Source: Phallusia mammillata (Eukaryota). Taken from it: a stretch of DNA of 64,000 nt. Numbering within the stretch: position 1 is the stretch's first letter; every line of letters begins with the position of its first letter. The DNA is taken from NCBI GenBank assembly GCA_965637545.1, contig OZ281501.1, positions 17,422,001-17,486,000 on the forward strand, given 5' to 3'. The position numbers were made by a program, and so were the translations under genes. Positions 9,941 through 22,400 of the stretch are shown here, piece after piece. The notes beneath the pieces were generated by a model. That model was not told the origin of the DNA and did no database searches. It worked only from the letters and a program-made list of their open reading frames with translations.

Positions 9941-12900
9941 ATGTTAAAAATGCATAGATCTGGTATTCTTGTGCTTACGAAGCATGTTTCGTCTCTTTGT
10001 CATGGAGATGTCGTAAAACACATTGTAGCTGGTGTTAAAAAGGTCGTTTCTTCTACACTTTATGTCCATGTGGAAAATGCCAGCTCAAAATCAAATGCTT
10101 GTGGAGACTTTAACCCAAATGATGCAGACATTCTAAGTCGTTTGTTGCAAGGAGCAGAAAAAGTTGATGTTCAACCCAAAAATGTTCCTGAAGAGTTTTC
10201 TCCCGATGTTTTCCCGTTTTTGTGGAAGTTTTATTCAGAGGCAGCATCCCAGTGTCATGGATTGGACGTTAATATTCTTTTACATACAGTCGGTTGCAAA
10301 AACCCAGCAAAACATCAGCTTTACCGGTGTGTAATTTTTTGCCCAAAACATTGCTTTGGTTTGCTAAAAAGTTATAAATCATTGCAAATTCAAGACACCT
10401 TTTTAACTACCCCTGTTTTTTCACAAAAAGATATTGTTTACCTAGCCATTTCGTGAATGTTGTACTTGCTAACAAGTAACAATGTTGCTGTTTTTAATAT
10501 TTAAACATATTGCTTTTTTTGTTAAATCTACATATTATGCAATCACACTGAGAACCATTCAGTGACAGTAAATAACACACATGGCAATAATTTACAATGC
10601 TTAACAGCAAACATAACTTTCCCTTATTTTTTAGTCCAATCCAGTGCATAATGGCAGATCTGGATTCCCGATCTCAAGAAGTTTGTCAACTACTTCAAAA
10701 ATTTGTGTCCTCAAATTACAACTATGAGTCACCTGTAGACCATAAGCTTCCAGTCATTGAAATTGCTGATTACAGTAAAATGGACTTCAGTAATACTACA
10801 AATTCCAGCCCAAAGCAGCCATGCAATAGAAAGGGTTCAATTGTACTTGGTGGAACGTTCGATCATGTTCATACTGGTCACAAACTGTTACTCAGTGAGG
10901 CAACTTTGCTCGCAGACAAAAGAATTCTGATAGGTAAAGTTAAATACAAGTCATGTCTAACTATTACCTACATAAATCCATAATATGTTTACTACAGTGC
11001 AATAAAACATGCTACAATTTAAAAAAACAAACAGTAGGGTTGGAGTGTTAATACATGTGGAACATACCAAAAAAAATACACATGCAAAAAATTACTTATA
11101 ATTTTGGTTATGTATTGCATCAAGGCAATTCTGGCAAAACCTTCAAGGGTGAACTGACTAACTAATCAGTTAATTACCAATTTCAGGAATAACTGATGCT
11201 GGCTTGCTAAAGCGCAAAATTTTATCCGAGCTTATCAAACCGTGGGAACAAAGAAAAATACAAGTGGAGCATTTCCTGAGAGACATAGCAAATATCTATG
11301 TTAACCAGCCTAGGTAAATTCACCACTACACTTAATTTCTAAATTTCAATAGTTTTGACGTGTCAGTGACATTTGTGATGTTTTCAATTAGTGAGAAACA
11401 TCCCGCTAACTCAAAGTTGTTGGAAATTGTCCAAATTGAAGATCCGATTGGTCCAGCTGGTACAGACCCTAACCTGCAGTGCATTGTTGTCAGCAAAGAG
11501 ACAGAGAAAGGGGGCCATGTTGTGAATGAAGAAAGGCTAAAAAATGGCCTAAATCCTTTGTATGTTCATGTAATTACTGGAGGTAAGCATAATTGAGTAG
11601 ATACAAAGTAAAACCAATATTTGCATGAGTTTTAATGTGGCATGGGAATTTTGTGTTTTAAAAAAATCAGTTTGGCAAATAACAGAATGTTTTAGTTTTA
11701 TGAAAGCAAAAATCACATTTTGCCATAAAATCAGAATGGTGTTTATCAAATGATCAATGCAGTTTAAATGTTTGCCATGTATTTTTCTACAAATAAGACA
11801 TGTATAGAATACTTATATATGTATAAAACAAACTTCACCAATAGACACATATTCGCCTTTATTTGTAAACTATAGGGGTCCTTGATACCGATGTTGATTT
11901 ATCGAAATCTACAAACGAATCCAAAGTCAGTTCTTCAACGTTGCGCTTTGCTATGCTCGGAACCTTGCTTCGAGCTCCTAATACAAGAACCTCAACCTCA
12001 AATCATCCAGAAGGTGCCTATGTTATTGGGCTTACTGGGGGAATTGCATCTGGAAAAACAGCTATTGGACAACGCCTCGCCAAATTGGGTGCCACTGTTA
12101 TAGACTGTGATAAACTGGGCCACAAGGCATATGAACCGGGTACTTTAACATTTGAAAAAGTTGTGAAAAGATTTGGCTCCGATATTGTGGATAAATCTGG
12201 TGCAATCAATCGCGGCATTTTGGCAAGCAAAGTGTTCTCTGGTGATGACAAAAAGACAAATTTGCAAGATTTAAATCATATTGTATGGCCTGAAATTGAA
12301 AGACTGGCAAAGATTGCAATAACTGAAACAGTGGGACAACATCAATCACAAAAACTACCGAAACCTGTTTGTATTTTGGATGCAGCGGTCTTACTTGAGG
12401 TAGGACAAATTATTACATTATTTTATTGGTAGTTGGCTTATGTATTACATAAATTTGGTGTTTCTCAAACCTTTATGGTCTGTGACTATTTTCGCAACAG
12501 TAAAATGACTGGCATGCTAAAAAACATGTGTAAATGATGAAACATGTGTTACTGATGGTAATGATTAAGGAAAGCAGTAGGAAGAAAAATACTTTTGAGG
12601 CTCGTAGGATGTTTGCAGACTTACGCAAATTGTCCGTTTAAGTGTGACAACTTACCGACTCGAGTCAGTTTGTTTAAATTTAATATCTGTTTCATCGTCG
12701 CAACATTAGTTGATATTGAACATTATTCCTCACATGATACAATGCTGTAGAAACACGAAACTGCAAATTTTGACCTCTCTGTATCATTTCATAAAACAAA
12801 AACATTGTGCATGTTGTGTCAATCTGGATTTTTTAATACACAAATTTTGCCTACCCTACTGTAATTATTTTTCCTGCAAAAAGGATTTTAACTGTGGACT

Positions 12901-15269
12901 GTACACACCCTTTTAACCGGTCAGGTCTTTCAGTGACAAGACATTGGCCTTACAGACGATGGTGGGATTCAAAAATTTTGTCAGTCGGTTCTGTCACAAA
13001 AGTCATATTTTTCAGTCGGTTCTGTTACAAAAAGTCCATTGACAGTAACCAGTAATGCTAACCGATTCGCTGATCCCATCAAATTTCGTGAGACAGTTCT
13101 ATAGAACCTGTGCGAACCGACTGAATCCCACCACTGCTTACAGACTAGTGTACATTACTTTGTTGACATTACTATATTTTTGTGTAAATTACTGACTGAA
13201 ATGGTTTTGTTTTTAGGCTGGTTGGGACAAATTTACAGAGGAAGTTTGGGTTTCTGTGGTACCACCTTCTGAAGCGGTGAAGCGTGTTATGGAGAGAGAT
13301 GGAAGGACCGAAGAAGATGCTGAAAATCGGCTCCGCTCCCAAATCACCAATGCTGAGAGAGTGAAAAAGGCGCATGTGGTGTTGTCTACACTCTGGGCTC
13401 CAGAAGTTACACAAAAACAGGTGAAATGTTTTCCTTGATTTGTAATTTTCAGCATAGAGTAAATTAGAAACCTTTGTAGTGAAATTACAGATGAATCTGG
13501 TTAACCAAAAAATTCATTTAATAGCTTAATACTGAACATAGGGTTTTGTAAAGAAAATCGTCCAGTTGATTTCATAATTTGCTTAATTGCACATTTAAGC
13601 TTGGCAAGTTGATATGTGATTAAACTGTTTTATCTGCTTTTTAATGAAAAGGTAAAACCAAGCACCCAAAATGATTTGAAACTGACATTTAAATTTTTGT
13701 TGAAAACGGCAGGGTAAAAAATAAAAAAAATCCTGTGAAAATTATCTATTTTTAATTATGGGTCCCCTTCTATGAAGGGGACACATATTGTTTTTGTCCG
13801 TATTTTTTTTTCTTTTTTCTTTTTTTCTTTTTTTCTTTTTTCTTTTTTCTGTCTAACGCTGGTTTGTTATACCCGTTTGGTCAAGAAAGAGTGCTTTAAA
13901 TTTATTCAAATTTGGACAAATGTTAGTTATTAATCCAAATTTGATCCTCCTGAAGTTTGACCCCGAATGACCCAGCGGTTCACCCACAGGCCCCCAAAAC
14001 GTATTTTTTTAAAAACGGCTGTACTGACTAAAGTACAGGATCTCTGAGCGATATGCTTTGTTGTTTGGTGCAATATAAGGTATTTCAATGAAATTTTGTA
14101 TCTTTTTTTCGATTCACCCATTTCCACCCCTTAAACCCCCAAATATTCATTTCTGTCTAATGCTGGTTTGTTAAATGTGTTTGGTCAAGAAAGAGTGCTT
14201 TAAATTTATTCCAATTTGGACAGATGTTAGTTATTAATCCAAATTTGATCCTCCTGAAGTTTGACCCCGATTGACCCAGCGGTTCACCCACAAGCCCCCA
14301 AAACGTAAAATTTTTAAAACCGTTGTACTGACTAAAGTACAGCGTCTTGGAGTTTCATGCTTTGTTGTTTGGTGCAATGAAAGGTATTCTAAAGAATTTT
14401 GTAACTTTTTATTGGATTCACTCATTTTACCCCTTAAACCCCAAAATAATAAGTTTTAGGCCAAAAATACAAGCCCTAATGTGCTGAAATGTTAAACAAT
14501 TGTTTGCAGTAGGTTATTCGTTCAGTATTTAAAATTTTGCCTTAATCTGCCAAATAGTTCCTTTTACAGCCCATAATATGTGTACACTGTCAGTCAGATA
14601 GAAGTCTCAACTCTAAAGGGAGTAATTCACTTGTTTACGATTAAGGCGGGTGAATGCAGCGGGAGTGCTCAGCTTGACGTCCGGACAGATGTTTTACGAG
14701 ACAGTGGTGTCAGTGATTAGAAATCAGCTGTTTTTGCGCAGCTATGCTATGTCGTTTTATTAAGTATCAAGCACATTTTCAGTTGTGGAAAATTGTGTTT
14801 AAAAACTGACCTTCAACGACAATCTCAAGGTCAAAGTATGAGAATAAATTAAAAGTATTTTTCCCATTCTTATTTACTGATTTTTTTTGTAATTATATAA
14901 CAATAATGATGCAAAAAGAATCCGGACAAAACTTTTAAGTGGGTTAATGCTAAAGTTGGTTAAGTTTTTTTCTTAAGAATCTAAAAATAACCAGGACGTT
15001 AAATCTGCACAATGCGTGTGTGGGGACCCATTTGTTTTTGCTTGCAAAAACAATCATATATGTAGATTAAATGATGTGTATAGTAAATTGGTAAATATCA
15101 TATAGAATATATAAAATGGAAGTATATCAGAAAGCCACCCTTCTAGTTTTATCTACATTTTTAATGCCTAGTTGTCTGTTGTAAGGTTGAAAAGGCATGG
15201 ACACTTCTTTCACAACGCATGCAACCTGACTGGAATTACACAGAAGCAACAGAGGAATCAAAACTGTAA
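9941..15269 (+). CDS. COASY: Bifunctional coenzyme A synthase (PPAT + dephospho-CoA kinase); exons 9941-10326, 10635-10933, 11187-11313, 11392-11582, 11876-12399, 13217-13420, 15186-15269; 604 aa
   Basis: PPAT motif LGGTFDHVHTGHKLLL, EDPIGPAGTDPNL and IVVSKETEKGG; DPCK P-loop IGLTGGIASGKT, IDCDKLGHKAY and DAAVLLEAGW; exon lengths sum to 1815 nt in frame. Confidence 0.96.
12957..13136. mobile_element. hAT-type MITE, same family as 52314-52462
   Basis: TIR (C)GATGGTGGGATTC...GAATCCCACCACTG with 8-bp TSD CTTACAGA on both sides. Confidence 0.9.
13758..15031. mobile_element. Helentron/HINE-like composite element in COASY intron 6
   Basis: ATGGGTCCCC (13758) and GGGGACCCAT (15022) are inverted; hairpin GTCCCCTTC-TAT-GAAGGGGAC at 13762-13782; T-rich (TTTTTTC-type) microsatellite at 13801-13850; 304-bp tandem duplication at about 13849-14460. 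Confidence 0.5.
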
Positions 15270-16438
15270 ACTTTTACATCTGGCCTTATTGAAAAATCAT
15301 CAAAACAATTATTATCCAATTGAAATAGAGCTTTGCCTTTTGCTTGCTTAGCAATTCTGTCCCAAAGCATTCCAATTGCACATAACATATTATACACCTC
15401 TAACAAAACAGCTTTTTGTGTATCAAGTATAAATACCCTTGTAATCTGTTACAAGTGTTTCTGTTGAACTGTATATTGCCAGGTATTTATTGACCTGTTG
15501 TGAGCAAGCCTAACGTGCAATTTAAATGTGTTTGTGTTCGTTGCAAGCCCGTTGGTTTACCCAACAGTGTTTACCCAGGGAATTCACCCCTGTGCCCCCG
15601 TCCGTATTTTTCTTCACCCCTATAATGTTCCTAATCTATGCAATTGCGTCGCTCGAGTATAATTCGTCGGAATAGTGGCCAATAAAAGATTAAATTGCTG
15701 TTTTCTGAGATGTCCGTACGTTTGCAGTTCTGTTTAGATAGCGTTCGTTTTTTGTTTCTGCTTGCTTATTCCGAAATTTAGTCTAGGAAAAACACAATAA
15801 CTAAGGGTGGTGATACGCCTTAATGCTGCCGTGTTAAATGTTTAGTCTTACATATATCAGCTAGCAGATGAGTCTCAATTATTCCACACGATAGCCATAA
15901 GGACGCACGTGAGTTCTATTTGGTTTAGAGCCGAAAACCTTTGCTTTTCAACTAATGGTCTATGATAAAAAGTTTAGCAAGCACCTGTACAGTAGACCAG
16001 GAATTTTAAACTTAAAGTTGTGAAATTCCTGTGCTAAACCAACTTGAAATCTTTCGCAATTTTTCGATACATCTAATGCTGTATTTGTTACAGTGGGATG
16101 AAGCCATCACAGTGATGAATCTATCTTTACAAGTGCTTGTGCAAAACAAAAATGCATAAATGACATAATATAGTACACTACGTAAAGCACAAACGTTATG
16201 GACAAAAAAACAAAGTATATCAACACCCTATGATAAAATACTACTTCAGATTTTAGGAACTTACAAAAAATAGATTTTTATGTCGATAAAACTAAAGTCC
16301 TACAAAAAATAAAACTGAATAAAAAGATAGATTTTACAACAAAAATGTTTTCAAGTAGTAAGTATCAACATGGAATAGAACAATAGAACTGACCTTTTGG
16401 GTTTAAAACCACCAAGGTTATTAAAGGTCATTGACCCC

Positions 16439-19400
16439 TCACCCCGATACTGAGAACGCTTGCTTGCATGCCATAAGGGCGTCCATAGCAGTTGGGGAAA
16501 GACGAAGGTCGTTCAAGGTCCTGCCCTCAAATGACCTCTCGTAACCCCTGTATGTTGTCCATTTGCCTTCTTCTACACCTTTAGTATGAACTCCATCAAA
16601 CCTGAGTAAAATTGCTTATTTAAGTTGGTTAGTTTGTTTCATTTTTATCCTCGGTGGGCGGACAAAGCCTGAATGCGTTATGCTCACAATCAGTCCGCCG
16701 TCGAGCTGCCTGTTTTATTCCAAGTACATGAAATCGTTTTTTTATCCAATTTTTGACCCATGAAGTTGACTTCAATTTGATTCAACCCGTCAGGTTCCAC
16801 TGGGTTGAAGCAATGTCGATTAAATTTCTTGCTCAGGAAAACTGACGTGGCCAAGACAGGATTAGAACGCACAACCCTGTGACCTTGGGGTGGTTACGCT
16901 AGCCACTTGGCCATCATGGTTTTAACCACAGTCCGGATAAAACAGTAAATCTCATCCAGATTATTACATCTCACTAAATTTGCAAGATTGTGGTTATTTT
17001 AACCTTTTCGTTATAAATCACAGTACGCCAGGCCTTAAAAAAGACGTCGTACCAAATCAGTCGGTCACCAAGCCTTTTTATGCGAAAGTGATAGACTAGA
17101 AAAATCTCGCATGCGGTGGGATTCGCACCCACGACAGGAGTTATTCCGGGGGACTCGCGCTCTACCAACTGTGCTACATCGTACGCAGCACATGTTAACT
17201 TCGTAGTATGGGATCGACAGATCGACCATTGATAATATTTTTCTAGCCTTTGCCTTGTCATATATGAGAATGCTTGGGAGACCGTATTGATTCAATACGA
17301 GGCCTTTAATAGACCTGGCTATATGAGTGTGTCGTGATCGCTGGTAGGCATAGAAGCTGCAGGACTGATCCCAGTAACTTCATCTTAACTGATTATTGGT
17401 CAATCTGGCGATCCCCTACTACGAAGCTTACAGTGCAGCATACGATGCAGGCAACGGTGCTTGTGATTCGACTTTAGACGGGCGTACGCTTAAAACACGC
17501 CTATATACTGACCTCGCAACACCGTTGACATCTTTATAGATTTTCGTAATCTTTCCCTGGTGATATCTGACCCCGCCAGAATTATTTCCATCCGTTCCAC
17601 CGTAAGATCCTTGACTGAATAAAACGATCGTACCTACCCCAATATCGCCCTCCAGTGGGCTTTCGTCTAATGCGACATCCTGAAAAAACAAACAAAAAAG
17701 TTTCTAACGGTCGGCGGTTCATGATTCTAGTGTTGATGTGACAATATATTGTTCGAATGTAAAATTTCCCGGAGATTTTTGAGAGGATAAATTTTACGCC
17801 CAATTGAAACACTCTGGTAGAGTATTTTTTGTCGGGTTTGGGCTAAGAATAAAAAAATGGAATAAAATTGACTTAATTCGGGCCAAACTTCACACTTGGC
17901 CTTTTTTGTGCCGACATTTTACCAAATTTTGGGCCTAATTCAGGTTTTGTTATTAGGTTAAAGCCCGGGTTCGGGTTTGCACTTTCGGATACGAACCGGT
18001 TCCAAGCCCAATGTCAGGCTCGCTTATACAACTCGGGTCCATGTACACCAATATGTACAAGCAAACTTAATTATTGAACCATTACAATCCTCTACACTCC
18101 TTGTAGCTGCAGCGCGTTTGGCTCTCATCCACCAGTTGTGCCCGACACTTTTATGTGCGCCATAACGTTTTAACGTTGCGCAGCTATTTCCGGCTTGGTG
18201 ATTGTTTTAGTGCAATTGTGTCGCTATGTTTTCCTTCACCAAGCAAAATAAACTCTACTCAACTCATATTGCTCTTTTGAAATATTTCATTTACCCGATA
18301 TGACTGGACTCTGCCGGATGGGTCATTGTCGTCCCAATTCACTGTGTAGGACATTTTATCTTCGTCGAAACTTTCAATAGTCGCCATGAAATATGCCCAG
18401 AGCTGATGCAGGCAAACCACGTGATCCCCGGGCACTGGAGCGCGAAATTTCTGCTGAGTAGGGGCTTCCCCGGCAGGTACTTCTGGTGATTCGAATCCTG
18501 CCTGTTCTCGGATTGCAGCGCTGTGAGAAAAGTGGATTGACTGCAATAGGCGTTTTAAATGGAAGAACACACACCGAGAAAAGGAGGTAAAAAAAGGTCT
18601 AAAGATTTGTTTTTTAAAAACCTTAAAGATAATGTGCTGCAAGTTTCAACTGTTCAAACAGTCTTTTATTTTCCATATTTTCTAAAACAGTCTTATTTCA
18701 AATTAAGTGGTAAAATAAGAAATAAAAAAGTAAAAAATGTAAAAAACGAGATTAAATTTGTACATACAAAAAAGTAAAAGAAAAAGTAGGAAAACAAAAA
18801 ATAATTTATGAAGGCGTAAAGCGTTGGAGTTTCTTAAATAGATGTTTCAGAATTTTTATTTGCTTACCTTATTTCCACAATTTTCGAGTCTAGTTCTTCA
18901 ATATTTGAAACATTTTGAACATTAATAGCTGGGTAGGTTCCCGCTACCAATTTTCCTACTGTTGTTTCGAGCCATTCGTCACCTTTTCCTGAAGAAAATG
19001 CAAAATACTAATGTAAATATCATGCTCAAATTGCTGCAATCTAATTGCCACAATCTTATTTCTGCAAAGCAAATTACCAGAATGAAATTACCACCATAAA
19101 ATTGCCACGATGTAGATACTATTTTGAAATTGCCGCGATGACATTTTACCACGATGAAATTACCACCTTGGAATTAATCGGTTATTTACTAGCACCACCA
19201 TTCCCACAACATTGTATTTTAAACATCCATAATTGACATAAAAGATGAACATAAATTCATAACTTATGCGATCAGCCTTGAAGCGTGTATCTATGCAGAC
19301 CAGCGATCACGGCACACTCATATATAAATCACAGTACCCCAGGCCCTTTGAAGGCGTCACACCGAATCCGCGATTGATATAAAAAGAATAATATAATCTA

Positions 19401-22400
19401 TACATCACGGCATAGGGACAGTAAATGCCGATAAACGGGCAAAAAACATTGGAATAAAACATGTTGTCATGTTTACCTACTACAATGGTCACTAAAGGTT
19501 TCTTCAAAGATTTGGCAGCAAACTGTATTTCCATCCGGCAGTTGTCGCTGTTTGCATATTCCTGACTCACACAAGCCACAGCGATCTGACATTCCTTCAA
19601 AGCTTCGGCGATTTGCCCGAACTAAAAAACAACCCAACAGAATTTGTACACCACTGTTGTAAGTCGGGTCGGTTTGGGCTTCAGTTTCTGGAAAGCGGTA
19701 TCGAGTTGGGCCTGTCTTCACACTCTGCCTAATTTGTGTCGTTATTTACGCCTGATTCAGACTTGACAAAATTCCGGTTTGGGTCGAGTTTAGGGATTGG
19801 ACTTTTGGGTTCGGCCCCCAATTTCAGGCCTACTTAAAACTCTAAGTAAGGCACACAGACTTGTGTATACACTGAAATAATTGCGAAAAATGTACTTGAC
19901 GAATTCTGACATGTAGATTATTGACTCCTTTAGCAACAAGGAACAAGCATTTATGATAATTTGTGCTGGAAAAAAAAACTTTGGAAAATCTACTAACACC
20001 ATACCTCACGGAAGACCCACATTTAGCTAATTTTCGATAGGTGGCGTAAAGAGCACTTTCAGGGAAGGGTCGAGGTAAGCGACGTAGCATTTAAAATTTA
20101 ATAAAACTATAGCAAAAGAACACAGTTACTAATTTAAAACTTCCAAAACCTTTTTTCCCTACCCTACCCTTCTTTAGCCGCTAAATAACTAATTCAGCTC
20201 ATTACGTCACCTATCAAAAATTAGCTAAATGTGGGTCTCCCGTGAGTTACGGTGTTAATAGCTCTACCTACAACTTTTAATACAATCGATACTGTGACGT
20301 CACTATCATACCATTCCCATTCCGTCAGCGGCGCTCTCGAGTCGCTGAACGTCGATCCACGGTGACATGCTGAGGGCAGTGGAGAGCTTTTGGACGATCA
20401 CACGCGGGTCGCTGAATTCTTCACCAACGCATTTCGATATTTGTCGTCGTTTTTCGGCCTCCATTGAGTTGCTCCAGCAGTAACTGAAGAAGAAATCGGC
20501 TTTTCCCGAAACCAGAGTACTGCCTGCGAAGATTTAGAGTTTATTGGTTGGAAAATCTGCTAAAACTGCAAAATTTCATTGTGACGTCATATATATCTGA
20601 CGTGACGTAACATGTGTGACGTCACTATGGACGTAACTTGTGTGACCTCATTATGGTAAGAGTAGTTTTGGTATTTGTTCCTGATTAAAGAATATATAGC
20701 TAAATAAAATACAAGCTTTTATATTATATACCTGTCACAGTGACTCCAGATTCAGAAAATAAGTCCATTTGGCCGTCACCTGTCGCTGGGTGGCGCACTT
20801 GCTTGATTTCGACTTTGGGAAGAAAGTTTTTGATCGATCTTGCCAGTTCGGTCATCTTGTATTCTTCTACCTCTTTGTTCTTAAAGTGAATATAGAGTTC
20901 TCCGGCTATGAGAAGTCCCACTACTGTCATTTGCCACTGAAACGACCCAGTACCAACCTGCAAGACAGAACTAAAAGTTATCGTTCCTAGGAAAAAATAA
21001 TGTAAATGGATTTTACATTTTAGTCTGCTGTCAAGGCAGGGTTTGGAAACATGGCCTTGTGAGCAACTACAGGCGTGGTAACGGTTTGGCAACGTACATT
21101 TGAATAACAGAGTACAGGCAATATGTCCTAATTATAACTGGCAGCGTAGCCAAACGGGTAATGTATAACTGCCAAGTAATCACAAGGTTGTGGATTCTAC
21201 TCTTGTCTCGGGCACTTTAATTGATTTCCATGACCAAGAACATTAAGCTGAATTGATCCAGCGGGATAAATTGACTGAAAGTCACCAACTTTGTAATAAA
21301 TGAAATAATCCAACAAAAAATAATTCAACAGACTTGCAATACAGGCAGCTTAACCACCCCTGGTATAGACTGTGTAACTCTACCATTGGTGCGCACAAGC
21401 TTGTCACCACTGCGTTTTTTGTGTGTTTATCGTCCTAGTTGCTTTATAACAACTTTATTTCAATTTATGTCATTACCCTGATGCAGGCGTCTCGTTTCGG
21501 ACATCATCACGTCGGCATATTATAATAAAAACTGCTGGAAGAGGCTACAAATTTGTTAATCAAAACTTGTTTCCAGTTTCAAATGCCAGAAAGCGTTGAG
21601 TTTACATATGCTTTCTCGCTTTTAATTTCCTCCCCTGGGTTATATACACTGTGATAAAACGGCTTAAATCTTACCACAAGTGGTATAACTGGAAGTTTCA
21701 TAGTTTTCTTTGCATACTGAAACTCCATTCTGCACCGGTCGTTGCTCGCATATTCGTCGCTCAAACAAGCGATGAAAACTTTAGTTCGCTTCAAAGCTGT
21801 GACGATTTCAAGAAGTGAGTCTTCGTTGTCATTTTCCATTGTAAACACTGTGAGTCCTGAATCAAAGTATAAAAGTCACAAAATGGGGTTTTACAGTAAC
21901 AACCCTTTTGCACATGAGTCTTCGGACTGAAAACTTTAAAAAGTCTGAAGTTATTCACGTTTTTTTATGTTTAGATAGTCAGTGGTCGGCAACCGCCGGT
22001 CCGCGGCCCGGTACCGGTCCGTGAGGAGTTCGTTACCGGGCCGTACAATTTTTTAGGTTAAACGCTATAAAACATTTTCACCATATATCCCGGGGATGAT
22101 AAACTAATTTAAGCGATTTTATTGCTAAATATTTGTAGTTTTTATGAAGACCGGTCCGCGATAAAATTTTAGTTTCAAAAACGGTCCGCAGTGCAAAAAA
22201 GGTTGCCGACCCCTGACCTAAGTAATATCATCAGTATCTCATTCAAATTCAAACAGACTTTTTAAAGTTTTCAGTCTGCTATTATATGCGACTGTTGTCT
22301 CCATCTGTCCTACTGAGTCTCTGGTGACTTGTGATTTACAATATCCTACACAGTTTATAGCACATAATTCTTGCTTAATTTTTTCCGCATTTGAAAGCTT

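Noticed and set aside
13930-14459. Paired similar ORFs 13930-14127 and 14234-14425
   Set aside because: By-product of the 304-bp tandem duplication; no transposase or other motif.
16424-16436. IR1-like AGGTCA-T-TGACCC next to the TIR gene stop codon
   Set aside because: Single motif in a 3' UTR with no supporting context; compatible with chance.
20524-20570. Upstream acceptors for TIR exon 11 (TTGCAG and TTTTAG near 20560-20568)
   Set aside because: They introduce an in-frame TAA; the acceptor at 20523 gives the open frame.
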